Positions 1-9,880 of a stretch of DNA of 57,575 nucleotides are shown piece after piece. The notes beneath the pieces are model-generated. The model did no database searches. It was not told the DNA's origin and was given only the letters and a program-made list of their open reading frames with translations. The DNA comes from a bacterium. Its GTDB lineage: Bacteria > SZUA-182 > DTGQ01 > JAFGSM01. The DNA lies in contig JBLIRN010000019.1 in NCBI GenBank assembly GCA_049472315.1, positions 1 through 57,575 on the forward strand. The letters run 5' to 3'. The translations under genes and the position numbers were made by a program. Positions within the stretch are counted from its first letter, which is position 1, and each line of letters starts with the position of its first letter.

Positions 1-11
1 AGCGTAAGGTT

Positions 12-608
12 ATGAAGCATAGAATCTGGCTGGTTTTGGTTATATGGATTATCATCCTCATCGTTTGTAATCTCATTGTATTGAATCAGGGTCATGCACA
101 GACCACCATCACCACCCCTGCGGTGACTCCTGTGGTCGCTCCCCCCACTGTTCCCGTGCTCACACCCCCTGCAACCACGGTGACCCCTCCCGTTGCTACG
201 GCCTCGGGCGTCCTATATGGCACCGGCCTGGGTGGTGTTTACGGCGGTCTTGGCGGCCTGTACGGCGGCAGCCTGTACGGCCTCGGTGGCATGTACGGTG
301 GCAGCATGTATGGCCTCGGCGGCCTCGGTGGGCTGTACGGCGGCAGCCTGTATGGCCTCGGCGGCCTCAGTGGCCTCGGTGGCATGTACGGCGGGCTCTA
401 CGGTGGGCTGTATGGCGGCATGCTCGGCGGCATGTACGGTGGGCTCTACGGTGGCCTATATGGCGGCATGCTCGGCGGGCTCTACGGTGGGCTGTATGGC
501 GGCATGCTCGGCGGCATGTACGGCGGGCTCTACGGTGGCCTGTATGGCGGCATGCTCGGCGGGCTCAGCGGCCTCGGTGGCCTCGGCCTTATGGGCGGCT
601 ATTGGTAA
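12..608 (+). CDS. Secreted low-complexity protein: signal peptide, Pro/Thr-rich linker, Gly/Tyr/Leu/Met (GGLYG/GGMYG) repeats, ends GGYW
   Basis: Hydrophobic N-terminus ending GHA-Q; TTPAVTPVVAPP linker; about 125 aa of YGG repeats; followed by a terminator hairpin. Confidence 0.85.
   Translation: MKHRIWLVLVIWIIILIVCNLIVLNQGHAQTTITTPAVTPVVAPPTVPVLTPPATTVTPPVATASGVLYGTGLGGVYGGLGGLYGGSLYGLGGMYGGSMYGLGGLGGLYGGSLYGLGGLSGLGGMYGGLYGGLYGGMLGGMYGGLYGGLYGGMLGGLYGGLYGGMLGGMYGGLYGGLYGGMLGGLSGLGGLGLMGGYW
223..605 (+). repeat. Degenerate 9/12-bp coding tandem repeats (ggcggcatgtac / ggtgggctctac)
   Basis: Visible in the DNA; encodes GG(L/M)Y units. Confidence 0.9.
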
Positions 609-651
609 TCATAGGGACCAAAGCCATATGATCATCAATTGAGATCTATCC

Positions 652-681
652 AAGGGCCCGGATGTGTTGTCCGGGCCCTTT
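652..681 (+). terminator. Hairpin terminator after the Gly-rich gene
   Basis: aagggcccgga-tgtgttg-tccgggccctt, 11-bp stem. Confidence 0.75.
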
Positions 682-926
682 ACGTTCGTATGCCCTGTCT
701 ATTGTAGGCCCGTTTCACTCCATCGGTCGAAGGTGCCCGACCTCCCGTCGAGCTATTACCATCGCATGATTCTCCTACCAACCGTTTTGATGATACCTTG
801 CTGCTTGCGGCGAAGTAGTTCATTCAACATGTAAATTTGTTAAAAAATCCAAATTTGTTATAAAATAAGGATACCATTCCCATAATCACACCCAGCCCTT
901 AACGGAGACATCCACAGGAGGAAATA

Positions 927-3035
927 GTGGACAAGGAAAACATTCGAACATTCATGGAACAGGCACCGTATCCCATGGGACTTTCGGAGCTGGCCCGGCG
1001 CATGAAGATCCCCAAGGGAGAACAGGCAGCCTTTAAACAACTTATAAAAGACATGGAAAGTGATGGGGAACTGATCCTCATCAAGGGTGGACGCTATGGA
1101 CTCCCCGAGAGGATGAATCTCGTGGTGGGTACCATTCAGGCACACCCGGATGGGTATGGATTTCTCATTCCCGACCGTGCGGATCAACAGGATGTGTTCA
1201 TCAATGCAGGCCATATGAAAGGGGTTTGGGACGGCGACCGGGTAGTGGTCCGTGTTGAAAAGGCCCGGAATAGGAGAAAGCAGGAGGGCAGGGTCATCAG
1301 GGTCCTCAGCAGAAAACACCAGCAGGTTATAGGCCGGTTTGAGGGCACACGAAGGTTCGGGTATGTGGTTCCCCTGGAGCGGCGGCTCACCGAGGATATC
1401 GTGATACCGAAAAAACACTCCGCAGGGGCAAAAAAGGGGGATGTGGTGGTTACCGGAATCGTTCAGCATCCCACCTCTCAAAGAAGCCCCATAGGAAAGA
1501 TCCTGGAGGTTATCGGAAGGGAGGGAGATCCGGGGCTTGACGAGGAGATCATCATCCGCAACCGGGGTCTGCCGGTGAAATTTCCCGATGTATGCCTCGA
1601 GGAGGCGACCACCGTTCCCCAAAAGGTCACCAGGACCCACGTGAAGAACAGACTCGATCTGCGGGACCAGATGGCCTTCACCATAGATGGGGAGACCGCC
1701 CACGATTTTGACGATGCGGTGGCCATTGAGCAATCGGGCGAGGGGGTGCGTCTCTGGGTCCATATCGCGGATGTAAGCTTTTACGTCAATCCTGGATCAA
1801 GCATTGATGAAGAGGCCTACCGGAGAGGAACGAGCGTCTATTTTCCCGACCGCGTGCTTCCGATGCTTCCCTTCGAGCTTTCCTCGGGCATCTGTAGTCT
1901 GAAGCCCGAAGAGGATCGTCTTGCCCTGTCGGTGGGTATCGACTTTGAATCCAAGGGAAAAATCACCGGGTACGAAATCAAGGAAACGGTCATCAGGAGC
2001 AAGGCACGCCTGACCTATACCCTGTGCGGGAAAATCCTGGAAGGAAAGGCCACCGGCGAGGAACTGGACAGGTGGAGGCATATCATTCCCTCCCTCTCGC
2101 TCATGCATTCCCTCAGCCGGAAGCTTCGAAAACAGAGACAGCGTCAGGGAAGCCTCGATTTCGATCTTCCGGAGCCGGAGATCATCCTGGACGTAAGCGG
2201 CAACATTCAGGATATACTCAAGCTGCGGAGAAACGATTCCCACCTTCTCATAGAGGAGTTTATGCTCGCCGCCAATCAAGTCGTGGCCACCCATCTGGTA
2301 AACATGGAATACCCGGCCATCTTCAGGGTTCACGACGCACCCGACGAGGAAAAGCTCGCCGGGCTTCAGGAATCGATCCATCCGCTCGGCTATTCCCTGC
2401 CCGATCCGGAATCGCTCAGGGCCAAGGATTTGCAGAAGATCCTGACCCGCGCTAAGGGACGACCCGAGGAGCAGCTTTTGAACATGCTCATCCTGAGGTC
2501 CATGAAACGGGCGCGGTACACGATAAAAAACACCGGGCATTTCGGCCTGGCAATGCCCATCTATACCCATTTTACATCCCCTATCCGGCGATATCCGGAT
2601 CTCATCGTGCATAGGCTTTTGCGCGGTTTATGGGGGCAGAAGAAGCTGGGGCTCTGGGGACCTAAAACCCACACCTACCTGGATGAGGCGGCGGATCATT
2701 CCTCGGTGAGGGAGCGTCTGGCCGAGGAGGCCGAGCGGGAGATCGTGGACCTCAAGCGGGTCCGGTACATGCTGGATAAGCTGGGCGAGGAGTATTGGGG
2801 CATCGTCAGTGGTGTCACCAGCTTCGGCATATTTGTGGAATTGGAGGATATCTTTGTGGAGGGGCTGGTGCACATAAGCAGCATCACCGATGATTTTTAC
2901 CATTTCTACGAGACCACCCAGCAGTTGGCAGGGGACCGAACAGGCCGCGTCTTCCGCCTGGGTGACAGGGTGAAGATCAGGGTGGAGAAGGTGGACCTGG
3001 AGCGCAGGCAGATCGATTTCGGGCTTATCGGGTAA
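927..3035 (+). CDS. rnr: Ribonuclease R
   Basis: Cold-shock domains (HPDGYGF), RNB catalytic TIDGETAHDFDDA, HFTSPIRRYPDL, C-terminal S1 domain; SD aggagg before GTG. Confidence 0.97.
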   Translation: MDKENIRTFMEQAPYPMGLSELARRMKIPKGEQAAFKQLIKDMESDGELILIKGGRYGLPERMNLVVGTIQAHPDGYGFLIPDRADQQDVFINAGHMKGVWDGDRVVVRVEKARNRRKQEGRVIRVLSRKHQQVIGRFEGTRRFGYVVPLERRLTEDIVIPKKHSAGAKKGDVVVTGIVQHPTSQRSPIGKILEVIGREGDPGLDEEIIIRNRGLPVKFPDVCLEEATTVPQKVTRTHVKNRLDLRDQMAFTIDGETAHDFDDAVAIEQSGEGVRLWVHIADVSFYVNPGSSIDEEAYRRGTSVYFPDRVLPMLPFELSSGICSLKPEEDRLALSVGIDFESKGKITGYEIKETVIRSKARLTYTLCGKILEGKATGEELDRWRHIIPSLSLMHSLSRKLRKQRQRQGSLDFDLPEPEIILDVSGNIQDILKLRRNDSHLLIEEFMLAANQVVATHLVNMEYPAIFRVHDAPDEEKLAGLQESIHPLGYSLPDPESLRAKDLQKILTRAKGRPEEQLLNMLILRSMKRARYTIKNTGHFGLAMPIYTHFTSPIRRYPDLIVHRLLRGLWGQKKLGLWGPKTHTYLDEAADHSSVRERLAEEAEREIVDLKRVRYMLDKLGEEYWGIVSGVTSFGIFVELEDIFVEGLVHISSITDDFYHFYETTQQLAGDRTGRVFRLGDRVKIRVEKVDLERRQIDFGLIG

Positions 3036-3037
3036 TC

Positions 3038-3472
3038 TTACTGCTTATACTGATGGCAGAGGGTGCAGATGGTCGGTCCCGTTTTTGTTCCGTCGGGCCG
3101 AGCGATGATGTGGCAGCCCAGACACTGTTTCATATAGGCGGTCCTCAGTGAGACCACGTCCATCACCCGGTCCCTGCCGTGACAGTTGATGCAGGCGATG
3201 GGTAGCTCATAGGAGTTTTCATCCCAGTCATGATGGCATTTCTTGCATTCCAGCCCCAATTCGATGTGTTGCTGGTGACCGAAATGTACCGGGCCGAACA
3301 AGTCCAGCCGGTGAATATCATGCTCGATGGAGATGGATTCCGGAATCTCCTGGGAAAAGGAATAATCCGCCTGCATGAAGGAGATCATGAGAAGGAGGGA
3401 TGAAAAAACGGAGACAAGGATAAAAATTTTTGGGACTGACCTGATCATGGACCCCCCACGGTTGTGATTCAT
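3038..3472 (-). CDS. Class III (c3-like) tetraheme cytochrome c
   Basis: Signal/anchor; FGHQQH; four CxxCH (CKKCHH, CINCH, CLGCH, CTLCH); GP before the last heme; start may be 3448. Confidence 0.88.
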   Translation of the reverse strand: MNHNRGGSMIRSVPKIFILVSVFSSLLLMISFMQADYSFSQEIPESISIEHDIHRLDLFGPVHFGHQQHIELGLECKKCHHDWDENSYELPIACINCHGRDRVMDVVSLRTAYMKQCLGCHIIARPDGTKTGPTICTLCHQYKQ

Positions 3473-3514
3473 TATGGTGCCCTACGTGAGCGTTACCGTT
3501 ATCTGCGCGGAGGG

Positions 3515-3530
3515 TGCAATTTGCATTCCA
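3515..3530 (-). promoter_or_regulatory. Putative sigma54 -24/-12 promoter of the cytochrome c3 gene
   Basis: Minus strand TGGAATGCAAATTGCA has the GG-N10-GC spacing of TGGCAC-N5-TTGC. Confidence 0.5.
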
Positions 3531-3642
3531 ATATTTCAATATCATTAGAATCAAAAAGATAGCTCAAATCCAATTCCCGTATGATCACAAAAATGGCACA
3601 GATGCGCAATATCTCCTGATCAAAATAAGAACAGGCCGGGTA

Positions 3643-4977
3643 TCACGAGGAACCCTTAGACCCGGACATTCTCCTGATACGTTTCAGATAGGCGGCGATC
3701 CTTGCCTCGTGACCGCGATCCGTGGGCATATAAAAAAGGGATCCGGCAAGCAGATCGGGGAGGTATTGCTGGGGGGTGAATCCTCCGGGGTAATCGTGCG
3801 GGTAGCGGTATCCTGTGCCGTAGCGAAGGTTTTTCAGCAGGCGGGTCGGCGCGTTTCGAAGGTGCAGGGGGACAGGAAGGGGTCCCTTTTCCCTGACCAT
3901 TTTCTTTGCCTTTTTATATCCGGAATACGAGGCATTGCTTTTGGGGGCGGTGGCCAGATACACGGCCGCCTGAGACAGGGGTATCCATCCCTCGGCATCA
4001 CCCACAAAATGGAAGGCATCCTTGGCGGCAACCGCCACCAGGAGGGCCTGGGGATCCGCGTTGCCGATGTCCTCGGCGGCGAAGATGATCATCCTGCGGG
4101 CGATGAACAGGGGATCTTCCCCGGATTCAAGCATTCTGGCCAGCCAGTAAAGGGCGGCGTCCGGATCGCTGCCGCGCATGCTCTTGATGAAGGCGGATAT
4201 GACATTGTAGTGCTCCTCTCCTCCCTTGTCATAGAGGAGGGCCTTTTTCTGCAATGCCTGCTGTACGGTGTCCAGATCGATGTGCAACGCCTCCCCCTCC
4301 ATCCCCGGGGCAGCCTTCTTGAAATCCACTGCATTTTCCAGCACGGTGAGCGCAATCCGGGCATCACCCTGGGAATAGTCGGCAAGCCACGCCAGCACCT
4401 CATCCTCGATGGAAAGGCCGGACAGCCCGCCCAGTCCCCTCTCGGCATCCCGGATCGCCTGGGTGAGGATGGCCATGATCTCCTCACTGGTCAGGGGCTT
4501 CAAAACAATCACCCGGGCGCGGGAGAGGAGGGGAGGGATGATTTCGAAGGAGGGATTTTCCGTGGTGGCGCCGATGAGGGTGATGGAACCGGACTCCACG
4601 TAAGGGAGAAAGGCATCCTGCTGTGCCTTGTTGAAGCGGTGAATCTCATCCACGAACAGGATGGTCTTCGTGCCGCCTTCCCGGTCCTTTTCCGCCTGTT
4701 TCATAACCTTTCTGGCATCGTTTATCCCTGAGAGCACCGCAGAGAGCGTAACGAAATGGGCGCTGGAATACCCGGCAATGAGGTGGGCGAGGGTGGTCTT
4801 GCCCGATCCAGGGGGACCCCAAAGTATGAGTGAGGGGACCTGATCGGAGAGTATGGCCTGCCTCAAGAAATGGCCTTCACCGAGGAGGTCAGATTGCCCC
4901 ACGAATTCGGAGAGGTCGCGGGGCCGCATGCGTTCTGCCAACGGGGGAAGCATAGGAATGGAGCCCATACCCTTCAT
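3643..4977 (-). CDS. rarA: Replication-associated recombination protein A (MgsA/RarA AAA+ ATPase)
   Basis: PLAERMRP, Walker [56 protein letters not shown]. Confidence 0.96.
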   Translation of the reverse strand: MKGMGSIPMLPPLAERMRPRDLSEFVGQSDLLGEGHFLRQAILSDQVPSLILWGPPGSGKTTLAHLIAGYSSAHFVTLSAVLSGINDARKVMKQAEKDREGGTKTILFVDEIHRFNKAQQDAFLPYVESGSITLIGATTENPSFEIIPPLLSRARVIVLKPLTSEEIMAILTQAIRDAERGLGGLSGLSIEDEVLAWLADYSQGDARIALTVLENAVDFKKAAPGMEGEALHIDLDTVQQALQKKALLYDKGGEEHYNVISAFIKSMRGSDPDAALYWLARMLESGEDPLFIARRMIIFAAEDIGNADPQALLVAVAAKDAFHFVGDAEGWIPLSQAAVYLATAPKSNASYSGYKKAKKMVREKGPLPVPLHLRNAPTRLLKNLRYGTGYRYPHDYPGGFTPQQYLPDLLAGSLFYMPTDRGHEARIAAYLKRIRRMSGSKGSS

Positions 4978-5006
4978 CTGCTTGTTCTATTACATGACAG
5001 GATCGA

Positions 5007-5582
5007 TTATATGATATTCAGGACCAGTTCATTGCGCGTTCGCTTCGGAACGTGGTGCACCCCTTTGTCATCCCGCCAATAACGGATATTCCCGTCTCCC
5101 GGGGCATCGTCCAGGACAATTGTTTCTGCTGGCTTCCCGAGGGCGATCACATAGAGGATCTCAAAGCGCTCCGGAACCGACAGTAAGATTCTTATCCTCT
5201 CACGGTCAATGGACCCGAGGATGCACCCGCCGAGTCCCTGTTCCGCTGCACCGAGCAGAATGCTCTGGCATGCAATCCCTGCGTCGCATTGAAAATTCCT
5301 GCTCAATGAGGTATCACCGAGGAGGATGATATACGCAGAGGGCCGCTCCCCTTCGGCAGGACCAGGCCACTCTGAAAGATAGGCAGCCCAGGAAAGTGTG
5401 GAAAAAATCAGCCCCCTTTTTTCCGCACTCGTGCACAGGATGTATCTGAGTGGCTGTAAATTGGCTGCGGAGGGTGAAAAACGGGCAAGCTCCACAAGGC
5501 CAAGCAGCACATCGGATGATACGGCATGGTCCTCGTCAAATCTCCTGCAGCTTCGACTGTTCACGATGAGATCCCTGATCAT
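5007..5582 (-). CDS. Nitroreductase family protein
   Basis: RSCRRF, SPSAANLQP, DAGIACQSILLGAAEQGLGGC, C-terminal HHVPKR. Confidence 0.92.
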   Translation of the reverse strand: MIRDLIVNSRSCRRFDEDHAVSSDVLLGLVELARFSPSAANLQPLRYILCTSAEKRGLIFSTLSWAAYLSEWPGPAEGERPSAYIILLGDTSLSRNFQCDAGIACQSILLGAAEQGLGGCILGSIDRERIRILLSVPERFEILYVIALGKPAETIVLDDAPGDGNIRYWRDDKGVHHVPKRTRNELVLNII

Positions 5583-5882
5583 GACATCCCTTCCTTATAC
5601 CATTGCCTTTGACTGCAATCGCCGCTCGGGCCCTTCTTCACTGTATACCATTTTGCTGTTGTAATCAATCAAAGGGCGCGAGGATGTCAACACGCTGCTT
5701 ATTGTTTACTCGATAGTGAGGGAAGGGGGAGAGTTCAAAAAGTAACCAGCCCCTGTTGATAATTTATTCACCCTTGCTGGTTACATGGTTTCAAATCGGG
5801 AAAATAGGGACAATAAATTAAAATAATCTATATTTTAAATAACTATTTTATTATTTTATTAATTCTATTTTTCTGCCTATTC

Positions 5883-5897
5883 TGGCAGTCTTTATGC
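5883..5897 (+). promoter_or_regulatory. Putative sigma54 promoter of the multiheme cytochrome gene
   Basis: TGGCAGTCTTTATGC (GG-N10-GC); AT-rich tract upstream; inverted repeat gtaaccagc...gctggttac at about 5742-5784. Confidence 0.5.
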
Positions 5898-5958
5898 TTT
5901 TTCACCCTGTAGTAAAAAACCCGTAATGTAACTTTTGTGGATCCAGTATAAGGGTATT

Positions 5959-7533
5959 ATGCGCCATACGATTCGACCTTTGCTTCTGCAGGTGACCACA
6001 CTGTGGCTTTGCCTGTTTGTGCTCTCTGTCCTTCCCCTGCACGCACAGTTTTCTCCCTTGTTCGATTTGCTCTTCCGGTGGGAGAATCCCTTTCGGTGGA
6101 CCAATACCACCACGGCCTATTCCGCAGGATTCCCGTACAATCCGCTCAATACCCTTTCCCCATACACATGGAATGCCCCTTTTGCTTCCTGGACAAATAC
6201 CCCCTTCGGATCCATCGGGAACGGCGTATCCTGGAATGGCGCATCCATCGGATACCAGCCCTCCTTCTTAGATACCACCGCAGCTCAAGGTGTGTATCGA
6301 ACAGCAGCGAGCGGCTTTGTTCCCGCTGCCTCCTCATTGACCGGCTCGGTCTTTCCATACTCCTATGGAGCCCCATTCGTCTCTTCCAATCCCTTGGCGC
6401 AAGGTGCCTATCCGGCGCAGGCCCTTTCCGCGAACACCCAGCGAATAGTGTTCAATACGCAGGCGGGCATCCCATTTTCCTCCGTGCCCTCGACATATCC
6501 CTGGATTGCCACTGTCAACGGTCAGCAATATACACCGCTTGGCATCGGCAACCAGCTTCCGACCGGAATAGCCTATAACGGAAACATATCATCCATTGGT
6601 TCCCTACCCACCTGGAATTATGTCTCAAATACCGGTTCCTATACGTCGGGAACCAGCGATCCTTATGCAAACATCCGTGTCTCGGCGGTGCTTGAGGCCA
6701 ACCTTGTGCTGGCAAATCCCGAGTTCGGCATGTACTGCGTGGATCCGACGAGCTGGAAAAACGCCGGGTACAACCTGGGGATATGGTGTACAAAGATCCC
6801 CATCAGGGCCCAGTCCCTTGACAAGCAGGGACGGCTCTATGACGAGGCCCCCGGTTTCAGCGTGGACGTCACCAGCGAGACGGGGATCATGGAGATCTTC
6901 GACAGCGCGGTTTCTCTGTATCGAGGCATCATCACCGCCGCAACTCCGGCAAGTTATCTGGTCACCGTTGTTGTCGACGCCGCCTCCACGGTGACCGAGG
7001 CACGCAGGAGAAGCGCCGCCTGTGACGCCTGCCATCCGACGCCGCCGGGTCACATCAGTAAACAACTCACATGGGGCAATTGCCGGGAATGTCATAACCT
7101 CCCGGACAAGATGCATCGGCATGCCTATAAGGCCTATATCCCCATCGATAAATGCTATACCTGTCATCCTACCGGATGTCTCTCCGGTGTTCACGGTCAG
7201 CGCGGGGTATGGTGTACGGCATGTCACGGCACACTCGAGGACGCCGCCTATGGCGGGATGAAGCTCACCGGACAACTTGGAAAGCCGCAGTGCGCGGACT
7301 GCCATGATTCGATGCATTCCGAACTGGGTACCACCCTGTTCGTTGATTCAACAGGGCATGGCGGAATCTGGTGCATCAATTGCCACGGCCCCACCCATGT
7401 GGAGCTCGAACAGCCTCTGGGCCTCAACAATTGCACCACCTGCCATACGGTGCAGGCAAGCATTCGATGGATGGGTCCGAACTGCGCCCGATGCCACGGG
7501 TCTTCTTCCTCACCACACTTCGTGACCCCCTGA
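5959..7533 (+). CDS. Secreted octaheme cytochrome c with long N-terminal aromatic/Ser/Pro/Gly low-complexity region
   Basis: Signal peptide ending LHA-Q; eight CxxCH (CDACH, CRECH, CYTCH, CTACH, CADCH, CINCH, CTTCH, CARCH) in the last ~170 aa. Confidence 0.88.
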   Translation: MRHTIRPLLLQVTTLWLCLFVLSVLPLHAQFSPLFDLLFRWENPFRWTNTTTAYSAGFPYNPLNTLSPYTWNAPFASWTNTPFGSIGNGVSWNGASIGYQPSFLDTTAAQGVYRTAASGFVPAASSLTGSVFPYSYGAPFVSSNPLAQGAYPAQALSANTQRIVFNTQAGIPFSSVPSTYPWIATVNGQQYTPLGIGNQLPTGIAYNGNISSIGSLPTWNYVSNTGSYTSGTSDPYANIRVSAVLEANLVLANPEFGMYCVDPTSWKNAGYNLGIWCTKIPIRAQSLDKQGRLYDEAPGFSVDVTSETGIMEIFDSAVSLYRGIITAATPASYLVTVVVDAASTVTEARRRSAACDACHPTPPGHISKQLTWGNCRECHNLPDKMHRHAYKAYIPIDKCYTCHPTGCLSGVHGQRGVWCTACHGTLEDAAYGGMKLTGQLGKPQCADCHDSMHSELGTTLFVDSTGHGGIWCINCHGPTHVELEQPLGLNNCTTCHTVQASIRWMGPNCARCHGSSSSPHFVTP

Positions 7534-7647
7534 TTCAGCTACTTGCAAAACCGGCCAAAGCATGATAGGTGATATAGAGGTACTGTATCTGTGCGCGTCA
7601 TTGGTGCAATCACGTGTTGACCCGGTTAGACACCGGAGGGGAGCGGT

Positions 7648-8382
7648 ATGGAAAAGCGGATCGCCTTGATCACCGGAGCGGGAAGCGGCATTGGAAGGGC
7701 CGTGGCGGTTAAATTTTCTCAGATGGGGATCGACATGGTTCTCAATGATATCTCTCAGAAGGGGCTGGACGAGACCCTCCATTGTGTCCACCAGGAGGGG
7801 ATCAAGGCATTTGCTGCGGTTGGGGACGTTTCCTCTGCGGACGATGTGGATATGGTGGTGGATATGACCATATCCGAGTTCAAACGCCTCGATATTCTGG
7901 TAAACAATGCGGGCATCATCCGCGACAACTGGATCTGGAATATGACCGAGGAGATGTGGGACAAGGTCCTGGACGTGAATCTCAAGGGCGCATTTCTCTG
8001 CTCCCGGGCTGCCATACGGCATATGGGGAAGCAAAAATGGGGACGGATCATCAATGTTTCCTCCATCTCCCGTCGCGGAAATTACTGTCAGGTCAATTAC
8101 AGCTCATCCAAGGCGGGACTGATCGGGTTGACCAGGACGCTTGCCCTGGAACTCGCCCAGTTCAATATCATGGTCAATTGCGTGGTCCCCGGGCTTATTG
8201 ACACCCCCATGATCCAGGGTATGAAAAATGACAGGGTCATCCAGCGGATCCCCTTGAAGCGTCTGGGCAACCCTGAGGACGTGGCCAATCTCGTCTGGTT
8301 CCTGGCATCCCCCGAGGCAAGCTATATCACGGGTGAGGTCATCGGTGTGGATGGCGGCCTGGACATCGGGATCGGGCTCTAA
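7648..8382 (+). CDS. fabG: Short-chain dehydrogenase/reductase, 3-oxoacyl-ACP reductase (FabG-like)
   Basis: TGAGSGIG, NNAGIIRD, YSSSK catalytic motif, PGLIDT, YITGEVIGVDGG. Confidence 0.8.
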   Translation: MEKRIALITGAGSGIGRAVAVKFSQMGIDMVLNDISQKGLDETLHCVHQEGIKAFAAVGDVSSADDVDMVVDMTISEFKRLDILVNNAGIIRDNWIWNMTEEMWDKVLDVNLKGAFLCSRAAIRHMGKQKWGRIINVSSISRRGNYCQVNYSSSKAGLIGLTRTLALELAQFNIMVNCVVPGLIDTPMIQGMKNDRVIQRIPLKRLGNPEDVANLVWFLASPEASYITGEVIGVDGGLDIGIGL

Positions 8383-8395
8383 ATCCCTTCGTATC

Positions 8396-9739
8396 ATGAC
8401 TACCACACGACGGTTTCACATAATCACCTATGGCTGCCAGATGAACGAGCACGACTCCGAACGTATGGCAGGCCTTCTGAGCGCTGATGGCTTCACCTGG
8501 ACCGAATCGCCGGAGAATGCGGACCTTGTGATCATCAACAGTTGCACCATTCGATCGAAGGCCGAGGAAAAGGCATTCAGTGAGGCAGGCCGTCTCAAGG
8601 GACTGAAGAAACATAATCCGAATCTCAGGATAGGTTTATGCGGGTGTGTGGCGCAACGGGAGCGGGAACACATTCTGGGGCGGGCACCCCACATTGACCT
8701 CGTATTCGGGACCCTCAATATCCCGCACCTCCCCATCCTGGTGAAAAGGCTCGATGAGGAGGGAGGGCGTATCTGCGAGGTGGCGGATGAGCCGGTGGAC
8801 ACCGGGCCCTGCAATCCCTGCCGGGCCCTCCGTGCACACAGTGTAAAGGCCTGGATCACCATTATGGAGGGGTGCAACAACTTCTGCTCCTACTGCGTGG
8901 TTCCCTATGTGCGGGGCAGGGAGCGGAGCCGGTCTCCGGAGGACATCGAAAGGGAGGTCGTCTCCCTGGTGCAGGCCGGATACAAAGAGGTCACCCTTCT
9001 TGGGCAGAACGTGAATTCATACGGCATGGGGCTGACCCTACGCTTCTCCTTTCCGGACCTCCTCTGCCGTCTCAATGAGATACCAGGGCTGGAAAGGATC
9101 AGGTTCACCACCTCACACCCGAAGGATCTTTCCTGTGACCTCGTGCACGCGATGAAGACATGCGAAAAGGTGTGCGAGCATATCCACCTGCCTCTCCAGG
9201 CCGGTTCGGATAACGTGCTCAAACGAATGGGCAGGGGATACACGGTGGAAGAATACCTTGCCAAGATAGATGCCCTGCGGGAAGCCATGCCCGAGATCGC
9301 CATCACCGGGGACATGATTTGCGGATTCCCTGGGGAGACCGAGGGGGATTTTGAACGGACTCTCGCGATCGTGGAGCGAATCCGCTTCGATGGCCTTTTT
9401 TCGTTCAAATATTCAGCGCGTCCTCAGACCAGCGCATCCCGATTGTCGGATCACCTGCCCGAGGAGATCAAGTTATCGCGCCTGAAGCAACTCCAGACGC
9501 TCCAGAATCGTATCTGCGGGGAGATCAACGCTATGATGGTCGGCTCGCACCTTCCCATACTGGTGGAAGGACCAAGCAAAAAGGACCCCGCAAAGTTGAC
9601 CGGCCGCACCAGGACCAACAAGGTGGTGAATGTGCCGGGGCCGACCGCATTGATCGGCAGCACGGTAACGGTCAGGATAGCACGGGCCAAGCCATTCGAC
9701 CTCGAGGGGGAGCGCATAGTACAAAAATGTCCCTTTTAA
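8396..9739 (+). CDS. miaB: tRNA methylthiotransferase MiaB
   Basis: TYGCQMNEHDSE, radical SAM CNNFCSYC, VPYVRGRERSR, RFTTSHP, C-terminal TRAM domain. Confidence 0.97.
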   Translation: MTTTRRFHIITYGCQMNEHDSERMAGLLSADGFTWTESPENADLVIINSCTIRSKAEEKAFSEAGRLKGLKKHNPNLRIGLCGCVAQREREHILGRAPHIDLVFGTLNIPHLPILVKRLDEEGGRICEVADEPVDTGPCNPCRALRAHSVKAWITIMEGCNNFCSYCVVPYVRGRERSRSPEDIEREVVSLVQAGYKEVTLLGQNVNSYGMGLTLRFSFPDLLCRLNEIPGLERIRFTTSHPKDLSCDLVHAMKTCEKVCEHIHLPLQAGSDNVLKRMGRGYTVEEYLAKIDALREAMPEIAITGDMICGFPGETEGDFERTLAIVERIRFDGLFSFKYSARPQTSASRLSDHLPEEIKLSRLKQLQTLQNRICGEINAMMVGSHLPILVEGPSKKDPAKLTGRTRTNKVVNVPGPTALIGSTVTVRIARAKPFDLEGERIVQKCPF

Positions 9740-9880
9740 TCGTCTAATTATCAGATAGTTCAAGAATTTTGGGGCGTTTTAACTTGATTTTTAAAAAGGA
9801 TAAATGGTATCATAGTAATAACCAGAAACCTTGTAAGACTGATGCCCCATGTGAGGTATCTCATACGGGAGGACAGCGTA

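Noticed and set aside
193..642. Cys/Ala-rich ORF (CTAACMA repeats) that looks like a RiPP or metallothionein
   Set aside because: Alternative frame of the YGG repeat; the 12-608 frame has the signal peptide and wobble-position variation
3514..4731. 405-aa plus-strand ORF and similar long antisense ORFs (858-1763, 29218-30267, 45997-47103, 48237-49130)
   Set aside because: Shadows of well-supported genes on the opposite strand in GC-rich DNA
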